Below, piece by piece: positions 37,123-46,999 of a DNA stretch of 64,000 bases. Each line of letters begins with the position of its first letter. Position 1 is the first letter of the stretch. Under the pieces are notes generated by a model. The model made no database searches. It worked only from the letters and a program-made list of their open reading frames with translations, and was not told the origin of the DNA. The position numbers were made by a program, and so were the translations under genes. Location: positions 144,953-208,952 of the forward strand of contig JADFSO010000001.1 of assembly GCA_022560735.1 (NCBI GenBank). The letters run 5' to 3'. This DNA is from Pseudomonadota bacterium. GTDB taxonomy: Bacteria > Pseudomonadota > Gammaproteobacteria > Steroidobacterales > MnTg04.

Positions 37123-39114
37123 ATGCCTCAGCGCAGAGACCTTGCCAACGCAGTTCGCGCCTTGTCGATGGATGCAGTTCAAAAAGCCAATTCAGGACAC
37201 CCGGGCATGCCGATGGGCATGGCCGACATTGCGGAGGTTCTCTGGAACGACTACCTCAGGCACAACCCCGGCAATCCGCGCTGGGAAAACCGGGATCGCT
37301 TCGTGTTATCGAATGGTCATGGTTCGATGCTCCTTTATTCGATTTTGCACCTGAGCGGGTATCCGCTGGAGATGGAGCAGATCCGGAATTTCCGCCAGCT
37401 CGGTTATCACACCGCCGGTCACCCGGAGTACGACCAGGACCTCGGTATAGAAACCACCACCGGCCCGCTGGGGCAGGGCATCGCCAACGCGGTTGGCATG
37501 GCGCTGGCTGAAAAAGTCCTGGCGGCGCAATTCAACAAGCCCGGCTTCGACCTGGTCGATCACCACACTTATGCGTTCACCGGCGATGGCTGCCTGATGG
37601 AGGGCATTTCGCATGAAGCCTGCTCCCTGGCCGGCACATTGCGCCTCGGCAAGCTGATTGTTTTCTATGACGACAACGGGATTTCCATCGATGGCAAGGT
37701 CGATGGCTGGTTTAGCGATGACACGCCGGCCCGTTTCCGGGCCTATGGCTGGCATGTGGTTGCCGATGTCGATGGCCACGATCCGGCGGCGCTGGCAAAG
37801 GCCATAGACGCAGCCCGCGCCAGCGACAGACCCAGCCTGATCTGCTGTAAAACGGTGATCGGCTGGGGTTCGCCAAACAAGCAGGGCAGCGCAGCGACCC
37901 ACGGTGCGCCGCTGGGCGCTGAAGAAGTTGCGCTGGTCAGGGACACGATCGGCTGGTCGCACGCGCCGTTCGAGGTGCCGGACGATATACGCGCCGGATG
38001 GGATGCCAGGGAAAAGGGAGCCAGGCTGGAACAACAATGGCAGCAGATGTTTGCCGATTACCGGCAAAAGCACCCGCAGCTGGGTGCCGAATTCCAGCGG
38101 CGCATGGCCGGTGAACTGCCGGATAACTGGCAGGAATTCGCCGCCGGCGTCGTCGAGGAAATAAACACGGAAGCCGCCGATATGGCGACCCGCAAGGCAT
38201 CGTTGCGGGCGCTCAACGGCTTCGCGCCGGCGTTGCCGGAAATGCTCGGTGGATCGGCGGATCTGACCGGTTCGAATCTGACCTACTGGGATGAGTCGAA
38301 GACGATCACCGCAGAGGATGCCGGCGGCAACTACCTTTACTACGGGGTCAGGGAATTTTGCATGTCCGCGATGATGAATGGCATGGCGGTGCATGGCGGC
38401 CTGATTCCCTACGGCGCCACCTTCCTGACCTTCTCGGACTATGCCCGCAACGCCGTACGGATGGCGGCGCTGATGAAAGTGGGCAGCATTTTCGTTTACA
38501 CCCACGACTCGATCGGGCTTGGCGAAGACGGGCCCACCCATCAGCCGATAGAACATGTCGCCAGCCTGCGGCTGATACCGGGGATGATCGTCTGGAGACC
38601 GTGCGACAGTGTCGAGTCCGCCCTTGCATGGCAGGCGGCGATCGAAAGGCGGGATGGACCGACCTGCCTGGTATTTACCCGCCAGGGTCTGCCCTTCCAG
38701 AAACGTGACGGCAGGCAGATCGAAAATATCCGGCGCGGCGGTTATGTCCTGCGTGACTGTGAAGGAACGCCCGCGCTGATCCTGATTGCCACCGGTTCCG
38801 AGGTTGCCGTCGCGATGGAGGCGGCCGGTGAACTGGAAAAATCCGGCGTGCCCACACGCGTGGTATCGATACCGAGTACCGACATTTTCGAGATCCAGGA
38901 CGATGCGTATCGCGACTCGGTGTTACCCGCCGAAGTCAGCGCCCGGGTAGTTATCGAAGCCGGTGTCAGCGATTGCTGGCATCGTTATGCCGGCCCGGGC
39001 GGCCGGATTATCGGGATGGACCGGTTTGGCCTGTCAGCGCCGGCCGGCTTGTTATTTGAAAAATTCGGTTTCACCTCGGATAACATCATCAAGGTTGCCC
39101 GAGAGATTCTTTGA
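37123..39114 (+). CDS. tkt: Transketolase
   Basis: [31 protein letters not shown] and the ThDP motif [13 protein letters not shown] are present, as is [16 protein letters not shown]. The internal ATG 37123 gives 663 aa. Confidence 0.95.
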   Translation: MPQRRDLANAVRALSMDAVQKANSGHPGMPMGMADIAEVLWNDYLRHNPGNPRWENRDRFVLSNGHGSMLLYSILHLSGYPLEMEQIRNFRQLGYHTAGHPEYDQDLGIETTTGPLGQGIANAVGMALAEKVLAAQFNKPGFDLVDHHTYAFTGDGCLMEGISHEACSLAGTLRLGKLIVFYDDNGISIDGKVDGWFSDDTPARFRAYGWHVVADVDGHDPAALAKAIDAARASDRPSLICCKTVIGWGSPNKQGSAATHGAPLGAEEVALVRDTIGWSHAPFEVPDDIRAGWDAREKGARLEQQWQQMFADYRQKHPQLGAEFQRRMAGELPDNWQEFAAGVVEEINTEAADMATRKASLRALNGFAPALPEMLGGSADLTGSNLTYWDESKTITAEDAGGNYLYYGVREFCMSAMMNGMAVHGGLIPYGATFLTFSDYARNAVRMAALMKVGSIFVYTHDSIGLGEDGPTHQPIEHVASLRLIPGMIVWRPCDSVESALAWQAAIERRDGPTCLVFTRQGLPFQKRDGRQIENIRRGGYVLRDCEGTPALILIATGSEVAVAMEAAGELEKSGVPTRVVSIPSTDIFEIQDDAYRDSVLPAEVSARVVIEAGVSDCWHRYAGPGGRIIGMDRFGLSAPAGLLFEKFGFTSDNIIKVAREIL

Positions 39115-39145
39115 TCGCGGCCGGATATTCAGAAAGGAAAAAAAC

Positions 39146-40159
39146 ATGACTGTCAAAGTAGCAATTAACGGCTATGGCCGAATCGGCCGCAATATCCTGC
39201 GCTCCCTGTACGAATCGGGTCGCAACGAGGAAATCAGCATTGTCGCCGTCAATGACCTGGGCGATGCGAACACCAATGCTCACCTGACCCGGTATGACAC
39301 CGTGCACGGCAAGTTCCCGGGTGAGATCAGTGTGGCTGGCGAGTACATGGTCGTGAACGGGGACCGGATTCGCGTTTGTGCCGAACGTGATCCGGGCAAG
39401 TTGCCCTGGGCCGAACTCGGCGTCGACGTCGTGCTCGAAAGCACCGGGTTTTTTGCCACCAGGGAAAAGGCAGCGCCCCACCTGGCGGCGGGTGCAAAAA
39501 AAGTCATTATCTCGGCGCCCGCCGGCACATCCGTGGATGCGACGATCGTCTATGGCGTCAACCACGATACGCTGAAAGCGAGCGACCAGGTCATTTCGAA
39601 TGCTTCGTGCACGACCAACTGCCTGGCGCCGCTGGTCAAGCCCCTGCTTGAGAAAATCGGTCTCGAACATGGACTGATGACGACCATTCACGCCTACACC
39701 AACGACCAGGTCCTGACCGATGTTTATCACTCGGACCTGAGACGGGCGCGGTCGGCGACCATGTCGATGATCCCGGCCGAGACCGGCGCCGCCGCCGCGG
39801 TTGGCCTGGTGATTCCGGAGCTGGCGGGCAAGCTGGATGGTTTTGCGATCCGCGTGCCGACCATCAACGTGTCGCTGGTGGATCTGGTGTTTACCGCGTC
39901 CCGCGATACCTCGGTCGAAGAAATCAACTCGATACTGAAAGAGGCAAGCGAAGGAGAATTGCAGGGGGTGCTGCAGTACAGCGACGGGCCGCTGGTGTCG
40001 GTGGATTTCAATCACGACCCGGCTTCGTCCACGTATGACGCGACGCTGACCAAGGTCATGCAGGGCAGGCTGGTAAAAGTCTGCGCCTGGTATGACAACG
40101 AGTGGGGTTTCTCAAACCGGATGCTGGATACGACGCTGGCGCTGATCAACGCGAAGTAA
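39146..40159 (+). CDS. gap: Glyceraldehyde-3-phosphate dehydrogenase (type I)
   Basis: It begins [12 protein letters not shown] and has the active site [12 protein letters not shown] and [12 protein letters not shown] 39146 is preceded by AAAGGAAAAAAAC. Confidence 0.95.
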   Translation: MTVKVAINGYGRIGRNILRSLYESGRNEEISIVAVNDLGDANTNAHLTRYDTVHGKFPGEISVAGEYMVVNGDRIRVCAERDPGKLPWAELGVDVVLESTGFFATREKAAPHLAAGAKKVIISAPAGTSVDATIVYGVNHDTLKASDQVISNASCTTNCLAPLVKPLLEKIGLEHGLMTTIHAYTNDQVLTDVYHSDLRRARSATMSMIPAETGAAAAVGLVIPELAGKLDGFAIRVPTINVSLVDLVFTASRDTSVEEINSILKEASEGELQGVLQYSDGPLVSVDFNHDPASSTYDATLTKVMQGRLVKVCAWYDNEWGFSNRMLDTTLALINAK

Positions 40160-40228
40160 TAATCGGTCTGTTGGCGGGTCGGGCGCAGGGCCGCGGGTCG
40201 CCGGCAGATCTCCTGTAGCGGAGGACAT

Positions 40229-41413
40229 GTGAATTTTCTACGTATGAGCGAACTGGATCTTGCGGGTCAGCGCGTGCTGATCCGGGAAGATCTGAACGTG
40301 CCGATCAGCGACGGCAATGTCACCAGCGACGCCCGTCTCGGCGCTGCCTTGCCGACCATTCGCATGGCGGTTGCCGCCGGCGCGAAGGTGATGCTGATGT
40401 CGCATCTCGGGCGGCCACCCGAGGGTGAGTACCAGGAAGAATTTTCGCTGGCGCCGGTGGCCAGGAAATTGTCCTGCATGCTGGGTTTGAAAGTGCGGCT
40501 CGAAAAGGACTGGCTGGATGGGGTCAGCATTGAAGCTGGCGAAGTCGTTCTTTGCGAGAACGTGCGCTTTAACCCCGGCGAAAAAAGCAATGACGATAAT
40601 TTGTCCAGAAAAATGGCGGCGCTGGCGGATATATTCGTCATGGATGCATTTGCCACCGCTCACCGCACCCACGCGAGCACCCACGGTGTTGCGCGGTATG
40701 CGCCGATCGCTTGTGCCGGGCCGTTGCTGGCCGGAGAATTACAGGCGCTGAGCCAGGCGCTGGAGAATCCGGCCAGGCCGCTGGTTGCCATCGTCGGTGG
40801 ATCCAAGGTCTCGAGCAAACTCACTATTCTGAAAACGCTTGCGGAAAAGGTTGACCAGCTGGTCGTTGGCGGGGGCATTGCCAACACCTTTATCGCGGCT
40901 GCGGGTCATCGGGTAGGCAAATCGTTGTACGAACCCAGGATGCTGGATGCGGCCCGGGAAGTGTCGGAATTTGCCAACCGGCGTGGAGCGAGTATCCCGC
41001 TACCCAGCGACGTTGTCGTCGCCACGGAATTATCGGCTACGGCGGAAGCGGATGTACGCGCGGTGGACCAGGTAGAAGACGAGCAGATGATTCTCGATAT
41101 CGGGCCGGATACGGCTGCGGTGCTGGCCGGCATTATGCGTGATGCGGGAACCATAGTCTGGAACGGCCCGGTCGGTGTTTTCGAGATCGATCAGTTTGGC
41201 GAAGGCACGCGCACGCTCGCCAACGCGATAGCGGAAAGCTCGGCGTTTTCTATTGCCGGTGGTGGTGATACGCTGGCCGCGCTGGAGAAATACAAGCTTG
41301 CGGACCAGATTTCTTATATCTCAACGGGTGGCGGCGCATTCCTCGAATTTCTTGAGGGCAGGACTTTGCCTGCCGTGGAAGTTCTGCAGGCGCGTGCGCG
41401 GGAAGCCGCCTGA
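40229..41413 (+). CDS. pgk: Phosphoglycerate kinase
   Basis: [25 protein letters not shown] parallels E. coli MSVIKMTDLDLAGKRV. The C-terminal [13 protein letters not shown] is present. The start is GTG. Confidence 0.95.
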   Translation: MNFLRMSELDLAGQRVLIREDLNVPISDGNVTSDARLGAALPTIRMAVAAGAKVMLMSHLGRPPEGEYQEEFSLAPVARKLSCMLGLKVRLEKDWLDGVSIEAGEVVLCENVRFNPGEKSNDDNLSRKMAALADIFVMDAFATAHRTHASTHGVARYAPIACAGPLLAGELQALSQALENPARPLVAIVGGSKVSSKLTILKTLAEKVDQLVVGGGIANTFIAAAGHRVGKSLYEPRMLDAAREVSEFANRRGASIPLPSDVVVATELSATAEADVRAVDQVEDEQMILDIGPDTAAVLAGIMRDAGTIVWNGPVGVFEIDQFGEGTRTLANAIAESSAFSIAGGGDTLAALEKYKLADQISYISTGGGAFLEFLEGRTLPAVEVLQARAREAA

Positions 41414-41443
41414 GTGAAACCCCGGACGCGGGCGAGAGTTGAC

Positions 41444-42874
41444 ATGCAAAGACGAACAAAAATAATTGCGACCCTGGGCCCGGCGACCGATACGCCCGAG
41501 ATACTCGAGCAGATGATCATGGCCGGCATGGATGTCGCGCGGATCAACTTTTCGCATGGCAAAGCTGAAGATCACACGCGAATAATGCGCATGGTCAGGG
41601 AAGCTGCGGAGAAAACCGGGCGCGAGGTAACCGTAATCGGCGACCTCGGTGGCCCAAAGATTCGCATCGAGTGTTTTAGCGAGGATCGCATCGAGCTAAA
41701 GGAGGGCGATCACTTCTCGCTGGACTACGAATTCGATCCGGATGCCGGTACCAATACAGTTGTCGGGATTACTTATGCGCAGCTTTCTCAGGATCTTAGC
41801 GCCGGCGATGTCCTGTTGCTCGACGATGGGCAAATAACCCTTGAAGTTATCGAAGTGGCGCATCCCAGGGTCGTTAGCCGCGTCCTGGTTGGCGGCGTGT
41901 TATCGAGCAAGAAGGGCATCAATCGCCTTGGCGGTGGACTGGCAGCCAAGGCGCTTTCCGATAAGGATCGTGAAGACATCAAGCTGGCCGTGGATATGGA
42001 CGTGGATTTCCTGGCGGTCTCGTTTCCGCGCGATGCGAGTGATGTCAACGAGGCGAAATCGCTGTATCAGCAGGCTGGCGGCCAGGGCAAGATCGTCGCC
42101 AAGATAGAGCGTGCCGAAGCGATCGAAAATATCGAGTCCATCATCGATGCGGCCGATGTGGTCATGGTCGCCCGTGGCGATCTGGGTGTGGAGGTCGGCT
42201 ATGCGGAGCTGCCGGGTCTGCAGAAAAGAATTATTCGCATGACCAGGCTAAAAAACCGGGTCTGTATCACGGCGACCCAAATGATGGAGTCGATGATCAA
42301 CAGCCCGATCCCGACCCGCGCCGAGGTGTCCGATGTCGCCAACGCAGTCATGGATGGTTCGGACGCGGTGATGCTGTCCGGTGAAACGGCAATCGGCAAA
42401 TATCCGGTCAAGGCTATAGAGGCGATGGCGAGGATTTGTCAAGCGGCCGAAAAACACCATCTCGCGCATACCCGGTCGCGCCATAGAATCGATTCGGTGT
42501 TCAAACATACCGACGAGGCGATCGCGATGGCGGCCATGTACACGGCCAATCACCTCGATGTCAAAGCGATTATCGCGCTGACGGAATCCGGCAAGACTGC
42601 CTTGTGGATGTCGCGTATCAGGTCGGATATCCCAATTTATGCTTTCACCCGGCATCAACGGACCCGGCGCAGGGTCAACCTCTACCGGGGCGTGTTTCCG
42701 GTATCGTTCGATATTACCCAGACCCGGACGGACAAGGTCTGGAAGCAGGTGTCCGAGCGCCTGCTGGAACAAGGCCTGGTGTCGCGGGGCGATTTGATTA
42801 TTTTCACCGAGGGCGAAGCCATAGGCATATCCGGTGGCACAAACTCGATGAAACTGTTGTCGGTGGGTGACTGA
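41444..42874 (+). CDS. pyk: Pyruvate kinase
   Basis: RRTKIIATLGPAT, ARINFSHG, MVARGDLGVE and TQMMESM are present. The internal ATG 41444 is preceded by GAGAG. Confidence 0.95.
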   Translation: MQRRTKIIATLGPATDTPEILEQMIMAGMDVARINFSHGKAEDHTRIMRMVREAAEKTGREVTVIGDLGGPKIRIECFSEDRIELKEGDHFSLDYEFDPDAGTNTVVGITYAQLSQDLSAGDVLLLDDGQITLEVIEVAHPRVVSRVLVGGVLSSKKGINRLGGGLAAKALSDKDREDIKLAVDMDVDFLAVSFPRDASDVNEAKSLYQQAGGQGKIVAKIERAEAIENIESIIDAADVVMVARGDLGVEVGYAELPGLQKRIIRMTRLKNRVCITATQMMESMINSPIPTRAEVSDVANAVMDGSDAVMLSGETAIGKYPVKAIEAMARICQAAEKHHLAHTRSRHRIDSVFKHTDEAIAMAAMYTANHLDVKAIIALTESGKTALWMSRIRSDIPIYAFTRHQRTRRRVNLYRGVFPVSFDITQTRTDKVWKQVSERLLEQGLVSRGDLIIFTEGEAIGISGGTNSMKLLSVGD

Positions 42875-42882
42875 AAGAGTCG

Positions 42883-45267
42883 ATGAGAAAGCTCCGCCGA
42901 TTACTGCTACTGGCTGTCCTGCTGCCTGCAGGAGCATTTCTCGCCGGTTGGGCGGCGTTGCATGGTAGTCTTCCTCAGCTCGAAGGTTCCTTCGATCTTG
43001 CCGGCCTGAAGGCGCCGGTTACGATAAAACGCGATCGTCTCGGCGTACCCGTGCTTGACGCCTGGAGCCTGGATGACCTGGCTCGCGCCATCGGGTTCCT
43101 GCACGCACAGGAGCGTTTTTTCCAGATGGATCTGCAGCGCCGCTCTGCCGCCGGTGAATTGTCGGAACTGTTCGGGAGCCGCGCGCTGGATCACGATCGC
43201 TCGCTGCGCCTGCACCGGTTGCGCCACGTTGCGGAGCAAATTCTCGCAGACCTGGCGGCCGACGACAGGCGCATGCTCGAAGCCTATACCCATGGTGTCA
43301 ATGTCGGTCTGGGCGCGCTGGCAGTCAGGCCGTTCGAGTACTTGCTGCTGCGCCAGGCGCCACGGCCCTGGGCCCCCGAGGACAGTCTGCTGGTGGTGCT
43401 GGCGATGTATGCGGATCTGCAGGATGAAAACGCCAACGCCGATGCTGAGCGGGGCTTTCTGCACAGCGTGCTGGTTGCGCCGATGTATCGTTTCCTGTTT
43501 CCCGCGGGCAGCCAGTGGGATGCGCCCCTGACCGGCCCGACGATCAACCCGCCGTCACCGCCGACGGCCGAGGTATACGATCTCAGGTCGCTTGCCGAGG
43601 CCCTGCCCGACACGGATTCCGTTGCGCCCGAATACCGACCGGACATGGTCGCGGGCAGCAATAACTGGGCGCTGGCGGGTCGGCGAACCGCGCATGGCGG
43701 CGGCATGCTGGCCAACGACATGCATTTGCGGCAGCGGGTGCCTGCGGTTTGGTACCGGGCGCGTTTCCGGGTTGGCAATGTGCGCGGCAGGAACCTGGAT
43801 GTCACCGGCGTGACCCTGCCCGGTACGCCGTTGATGATCGCCGGCAGCAACGGACGGGTAGCCTGGGGGTATACCAACAGCAATGGAGACTGGACGGACC
43901 GGGTGATCCTGGAAAGTCATCCTGAGGATGATGGGCGATACCGCACTGCCGATGGTTATCGCGATCTGCAAGTCCACCGCGAGACGATCCGGGTCAAGGG
44001 CGGCGAGGATGTGATCCTGGAAGTGCGCAGCAGCCGTTGGGGTCCGGTCATCGGTCGCGACCGGCAAGGCCGGCTGCAAAGCGTACGTTGGCTCGCGGCG
44101 ATACCGGAAGCGACGAACGTGCGGTTGCTGGAAATGATGTTCGCCGATAGCGTCGATGAAGCGCTGCGGATCGCGCCCGAAATCGGCATGCCGCAGCAAA
44201 ACCTGGTGGTTGCCGATGCTGACGGCAATATCGGCTGGACGATTATCGGCAAAATTCCGCGCCGCGGCGCCGGTTTCGATCCATCGCTGCCCGCATCGTG
44301 GGCGGGATCGGGGACCGGCTGGAACGGCTTGCTCAGCGCGGCGGAATACCCGCGCGTCATCAACCCACCCTCCGGGCAAATCTGGACGGCGAATGCCAGG
44401 GTCGTTGGCGACGCGGAACTGACCCTGATCGGTGATGGCGGTTACGCCCTTGGAGCGAGGAGCAGGCAGATTCGCGACGACCTGGCTGCATTGCAAGAGG
44501 CCACGCCGGGTGATTTTCTAAAGATCCAGCTCGATGACCGGGCCTTGTTTCTGGATCGTTGGCGGCGTCTCGCACTGGATCTGCTGGCGCTGCCCGGCAA
44601 CAGGCAGACCGCGCAACGGCGACTGGCGGCAAAGGTCCTGGCGGACGACGAGCTGAGGGCATCGACGGATTCGCAAGCGTATCGCCTGGTACGCGAATTC
44701 CGGAATCTTTGTTTTAGCCGCGCAAGACATTTTCTGACTTTGGAGGCCCGCCGGGCCGATCCGGATTACCAGCCGCGCCTGAGCCGCAGGTTCGAGGCGG
44801 TGTTGTGGCAACTGGTCGAGCAGCAGCCGCGACATCTGCTGGATCCACAATACGATTCATGGGCGGATTTCCTGCTGGCTGCGCTGGATGATTCCGTCAG
44901 CAAGCTGGACCCGGACCAGGATGGGCTGCTTGCGACCTGGGGCGATTACAATGTCGTGCGCATCAACCACCCGCTGGGCAAGATTCCGGTGCTGGGCGAA
45001 TATCTGAATATGCCGCCTTATGCGGCGGCGGGAGATACCTTCATGCCGCGCGTGCAGGGCGCAAATTTCGGCGCCTCCGAACGCTTTGCCGTTGCCCCGG
45101 GGCGCGAAGCGGAGGGCTACTTCCATATGCCGGGCGGCCAGAGCGGGCATCCTCTGTCCGCTTATTACCGCGCCGGGTTTCGCGCCTGGGCGATCGGTGA
45201 ACCGCTACCGTTCCTGCCCGGGGAGCCGGTACATACCTTGCAGCTGCTGCCGTTTACTCCAGACTGA
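42883..45267 (+). CDS. Penicillin acylase family Ntn-hydrolase (possible acyl-homoserine-lactone/aculeacin-type acylase), secreted
   Basis: There is an N-terminal signal/anchor (LLLLAVLLPAGAFLAGWA). The autoprocessing site is VAG|SNNWALAG, with the nucleophile Ser followed by Asn-x-Trp. The 794-aa length fits the family. The start lies 8 nt after the pyk stop. Confidence 0.85.
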   Translation: MRKLRRLLLLAVLLPAGAFLAGWAALHGSLPQLEGSFDLAGLKAPVTIKRDRLGVPVLDAWSLDDLARAIGFLHAQERFFQMDLQRRSAAGELSELFGSRALDHDRSLRLHRLRHVAEQILADLAADDRRMLEAYTHGVNVGLGALAVRPFEYLLLRQAPRPWAPEDSLLVVLAMYADLQDENANADAERGFLHSVLVAPMYRFLFPAGSQWDAPLTGPTINPPSPPTAEVYDLRSLAEALPDTDSVAPEYRPDMVAGSNNWALAGRRTAHGGGMLANDMHLRQRVPAVWYRARFRVGNVRGRNLDVTGVTLPGTPLMIAGSNGRVAWGYTNSNGDWTDRVILESHPEDDGRYRTADGYRDLQVHRETIRVKGGEDVILEVRSSRWGPVIGRDRQGRLQSVRWLAAIPEATNVRLLEMMFADSVDEALRIAPEIGMPQQNLVVADADGNIGWTIIGKIPRRGAGFDPSLPASWAGSGTGWNGLLSAAEYPRVINPPSGQIWTANARVVGDAELTLIGDGGYALGARSRQIRDDLAALQEATPGDFLKIQLDDRALFLDRWRRLALDLLALPGNRQTAQRRLAAKVLADDELRASTDSQAYRLVREFRNLCFSRARHFLTLEARRADPDYQPRLSRRFEAVLWQLVEQQPRHLLDPQYDSWADFLLAALDDSVSKLDPDQDGLLATWGDYNVVRINHPLGKIPVLGEYLNMPPYAAAGDTFMPRVQGANFGASERFAVAPGREAEGYFHMPGGQSGHPLSAYYRAGFRAWAIGEPLPFLPGEPVHTLQLLPFTPD

Positions 45268-45280
45268 CCGGAAACACGAA

Positions 45281-45823
45281 TCAGCCGGGCGGTGGGTCTG
45301 TAGCCATCAGATCTTCCAGGTCGGTCATGACCTGTGCCGAGTGGACGTCCGGGTCAACTTTTTGATAATGCTTTGCCAGCAGCCCGTCCGGGTCGATCAG
45401 GAAGGTCTGGCGCTGCGCTATGCCGACGCCGCCGCCGATCCCCAGATAGGTTCCATAGAGGCGGGATATTTCGCCATCGTCATCGGCCAGCAACGGAAAA
45501 GGCAGGCCGTATTCCTCGGCAAATTTCCGGTGCGACTCCACATCGTCCATGCTGACGCCCAGCAAGGCGATATTCAGTTTGCGAAATTTGTATATATCGT
45601 CTCTGAATGAGCACGCCTCGGTCGTACAACCGGGCGTGAAATCCCGCGGATAAAAATACAGGACGACCCACTGGCCGTGGTAATCATCCAGCTGGTGCCA
45701 GTCTCCTTCCTGGTCTTGCAGTTTGAAAGCCGGCGCCGCTTGTCCTTCCGCAGGGCTTTCCGCGACCACGGCGGGTGCAAGCAGGCAAAGGCACAGCAGG
45801 GTCGGCAGGATTGATTTATACAC
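45281..45823 (-). CDS. bcp: Bcp-type peroxiredoxin with predicted signal peptide
   Basis: It has YFYPRDFTPGCTTEA (PxxxTxxC peroxidatic Cys). The N-terminus is VYKSILPTLLCLCLLAPAVVAES. GTG 45823 is preceded by GGAGA. The track ORF running to 46348 overlaps the ADH gene and was trimmed. Confidence 0.8.
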   Translation of the reverse strand: MYKSILPTLLCLCLLAPAVVAESPAEGQAAPAFKLQDQEGDWHQLDDYHGQWVVLYFYPRDFTPGCTTEACSFRDDIYKFRKLNIALLGVSMDDVESHRKFAEEYGLPFPLLADDDGEISRLYGTYLGIGGGVGIAQRQTFLIDPDGLLAKHYQKVDPDVHSAQVMTDLEDLMATDPPPG

Positions 45824-45931
45824 GATAGGTCTCCACGATAGATATCCGGGTCCAGCGTTGGCGGTCAGCATAACCCATGCGCTGGCCTGCCGCGCGGCTG
45901 GCGGTCCAGGAGCATGCATGCAGGAATTGCG

Positions 45932-46954
45932 ATGACAAGTAAATCGGCTGACCAAACCAGTGCGTGGATGACGGCTGCCCCGGGGCAGCCTTTGACGCTG
46001 GGACGAGCCACGCTGAATGCGCTGGGCCCAATGGATGTCGAGCTGGAGGTGATCGCCTGCGGTCTGTGTCACAGCGATTTGCACCTGGTCGATGACGACT
46101 GGGGCATCAGCGAGTATCCGCTGGTTCCCGGTCATGAGGTGGTCGGAAGGATAGTCGCTGCGGGCAATGCGGTCAGCGGGCTGGCGATCGGTCAGAGAGT
46201 CGGCGTGGGCTGGTTGTGCGGAGCCTGCCTGGATTGCCGGAGTTGTGATGCCGGTGAGGATAATCTTTGCGCCAGGCCCGAACGCACCTGCGTAGCCAAT
46301 GTGGGCGGATTTGCCAGCCGGATACGGGTCGATTCGCGGTTTAGCCACCCGATTCCAGAGGGTCTGGGCGATCTCCAGGCCGCACCGCTGCTGTGCGCCG
46401 GGGTAACCGTGTATTCACCGCTGACCAGGCTGCTACCGCGCGCCGGCCGGGATGTCGGGGTTGTCGGCATCGGTGGCCTGGGGCACCTGGCCGTACAATA
46501 CGCCAGCCGCATGGGCCACCAGGTAACCGCTATCGTCCGTGGACCGGGGAGGGAAAAGGACGCCAAAGCCCTGGGCGCGCAATTTTTTCTGGACAACACC
46601 GATGCCGGGCAAATGGCCGCCGCCGAAGCGGGTTTCGACCTGCTGCTGGTTACGGTCAGCGCGGATCTGGACTGGCCGGTCTATATGCGCCTGTTGCGAC
46701 CCAATGGCACGCTTTGCCTGGTCGGGATGCCGGCGGCGACGATAACGGTTGAAATCGACAATCTGGTCGGCGAGCAGAAAATACTGACCGGCAGTTCCAT
46801 TGGCAGCCGCGAAATGATCCGGGAAATGCTCGCGTACTCTGCCGCCAACGAGATATATCCGTGGGTGGTGCAGATGCCGATGGAACAGGTCAATGAGGCG
46901 CTGCAAATTCTTGCGAATGGCGAAGCGCGATATAGAATCGTGTTGACGGCATAG
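45932..46954 (+). CDS. Zinc-dependent NAD(P) alcohol dehydrogenase (YahK/cinnamyl-ADH-like)
   Basis: It has CGLCHSDLH, GHEVVGRIV, structural-Zn cysteines (CGACLDCRSCDAGEDNLC) and GIGGLGHLA. ATG 45932 is preceded by AGGAA. The alternative start is ATG 45914. Confidence 0.85.
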   Translation: MTSKSADQTSAWMTAAPGQPLTLGRATLNALGPMDVELEVIACGLCHSDLHLVDDDWGISEYPLVPGHEVVGRIVAAGNAVSGLAIGQRVGVGWLCGACLDCRSCDAGEDNLCARPERTCVANVGGFASRIRVDSRFSHPIPEGLGDLQAAPLLCAGVTVYSPLTRLLPRAGRDVGVVGIGGLGHLAVQYASRMGHQVTAIVRGPGREKDAKALGAQFFLDNTDAGQMAAAEAGFDLLLVTVSADLDWPVYMRLLRPNGTLCLVGMPAATITVEIDNLVGEQKILTGSSIGSREMIREMLAYSAANEIYPWVVQMPMEQVNEALQILANGEARYRIVLTA

Positions 46955-46999
46955 CGATGACGGCTGGTATCGTGGAATCATACAGAATGGGTTCTTGCC

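Noticed and set aside
42883-45267. The penicillin acylase family gene as an antibiotic-resistance determinant or part of a horizontally acquired island.
   Set aside because: There are no mobility genes, flanking repeats or obvious compositional break. The family includes many AHL, siderophore and unknown-substrate acylases, so resistance cannot be inferred.
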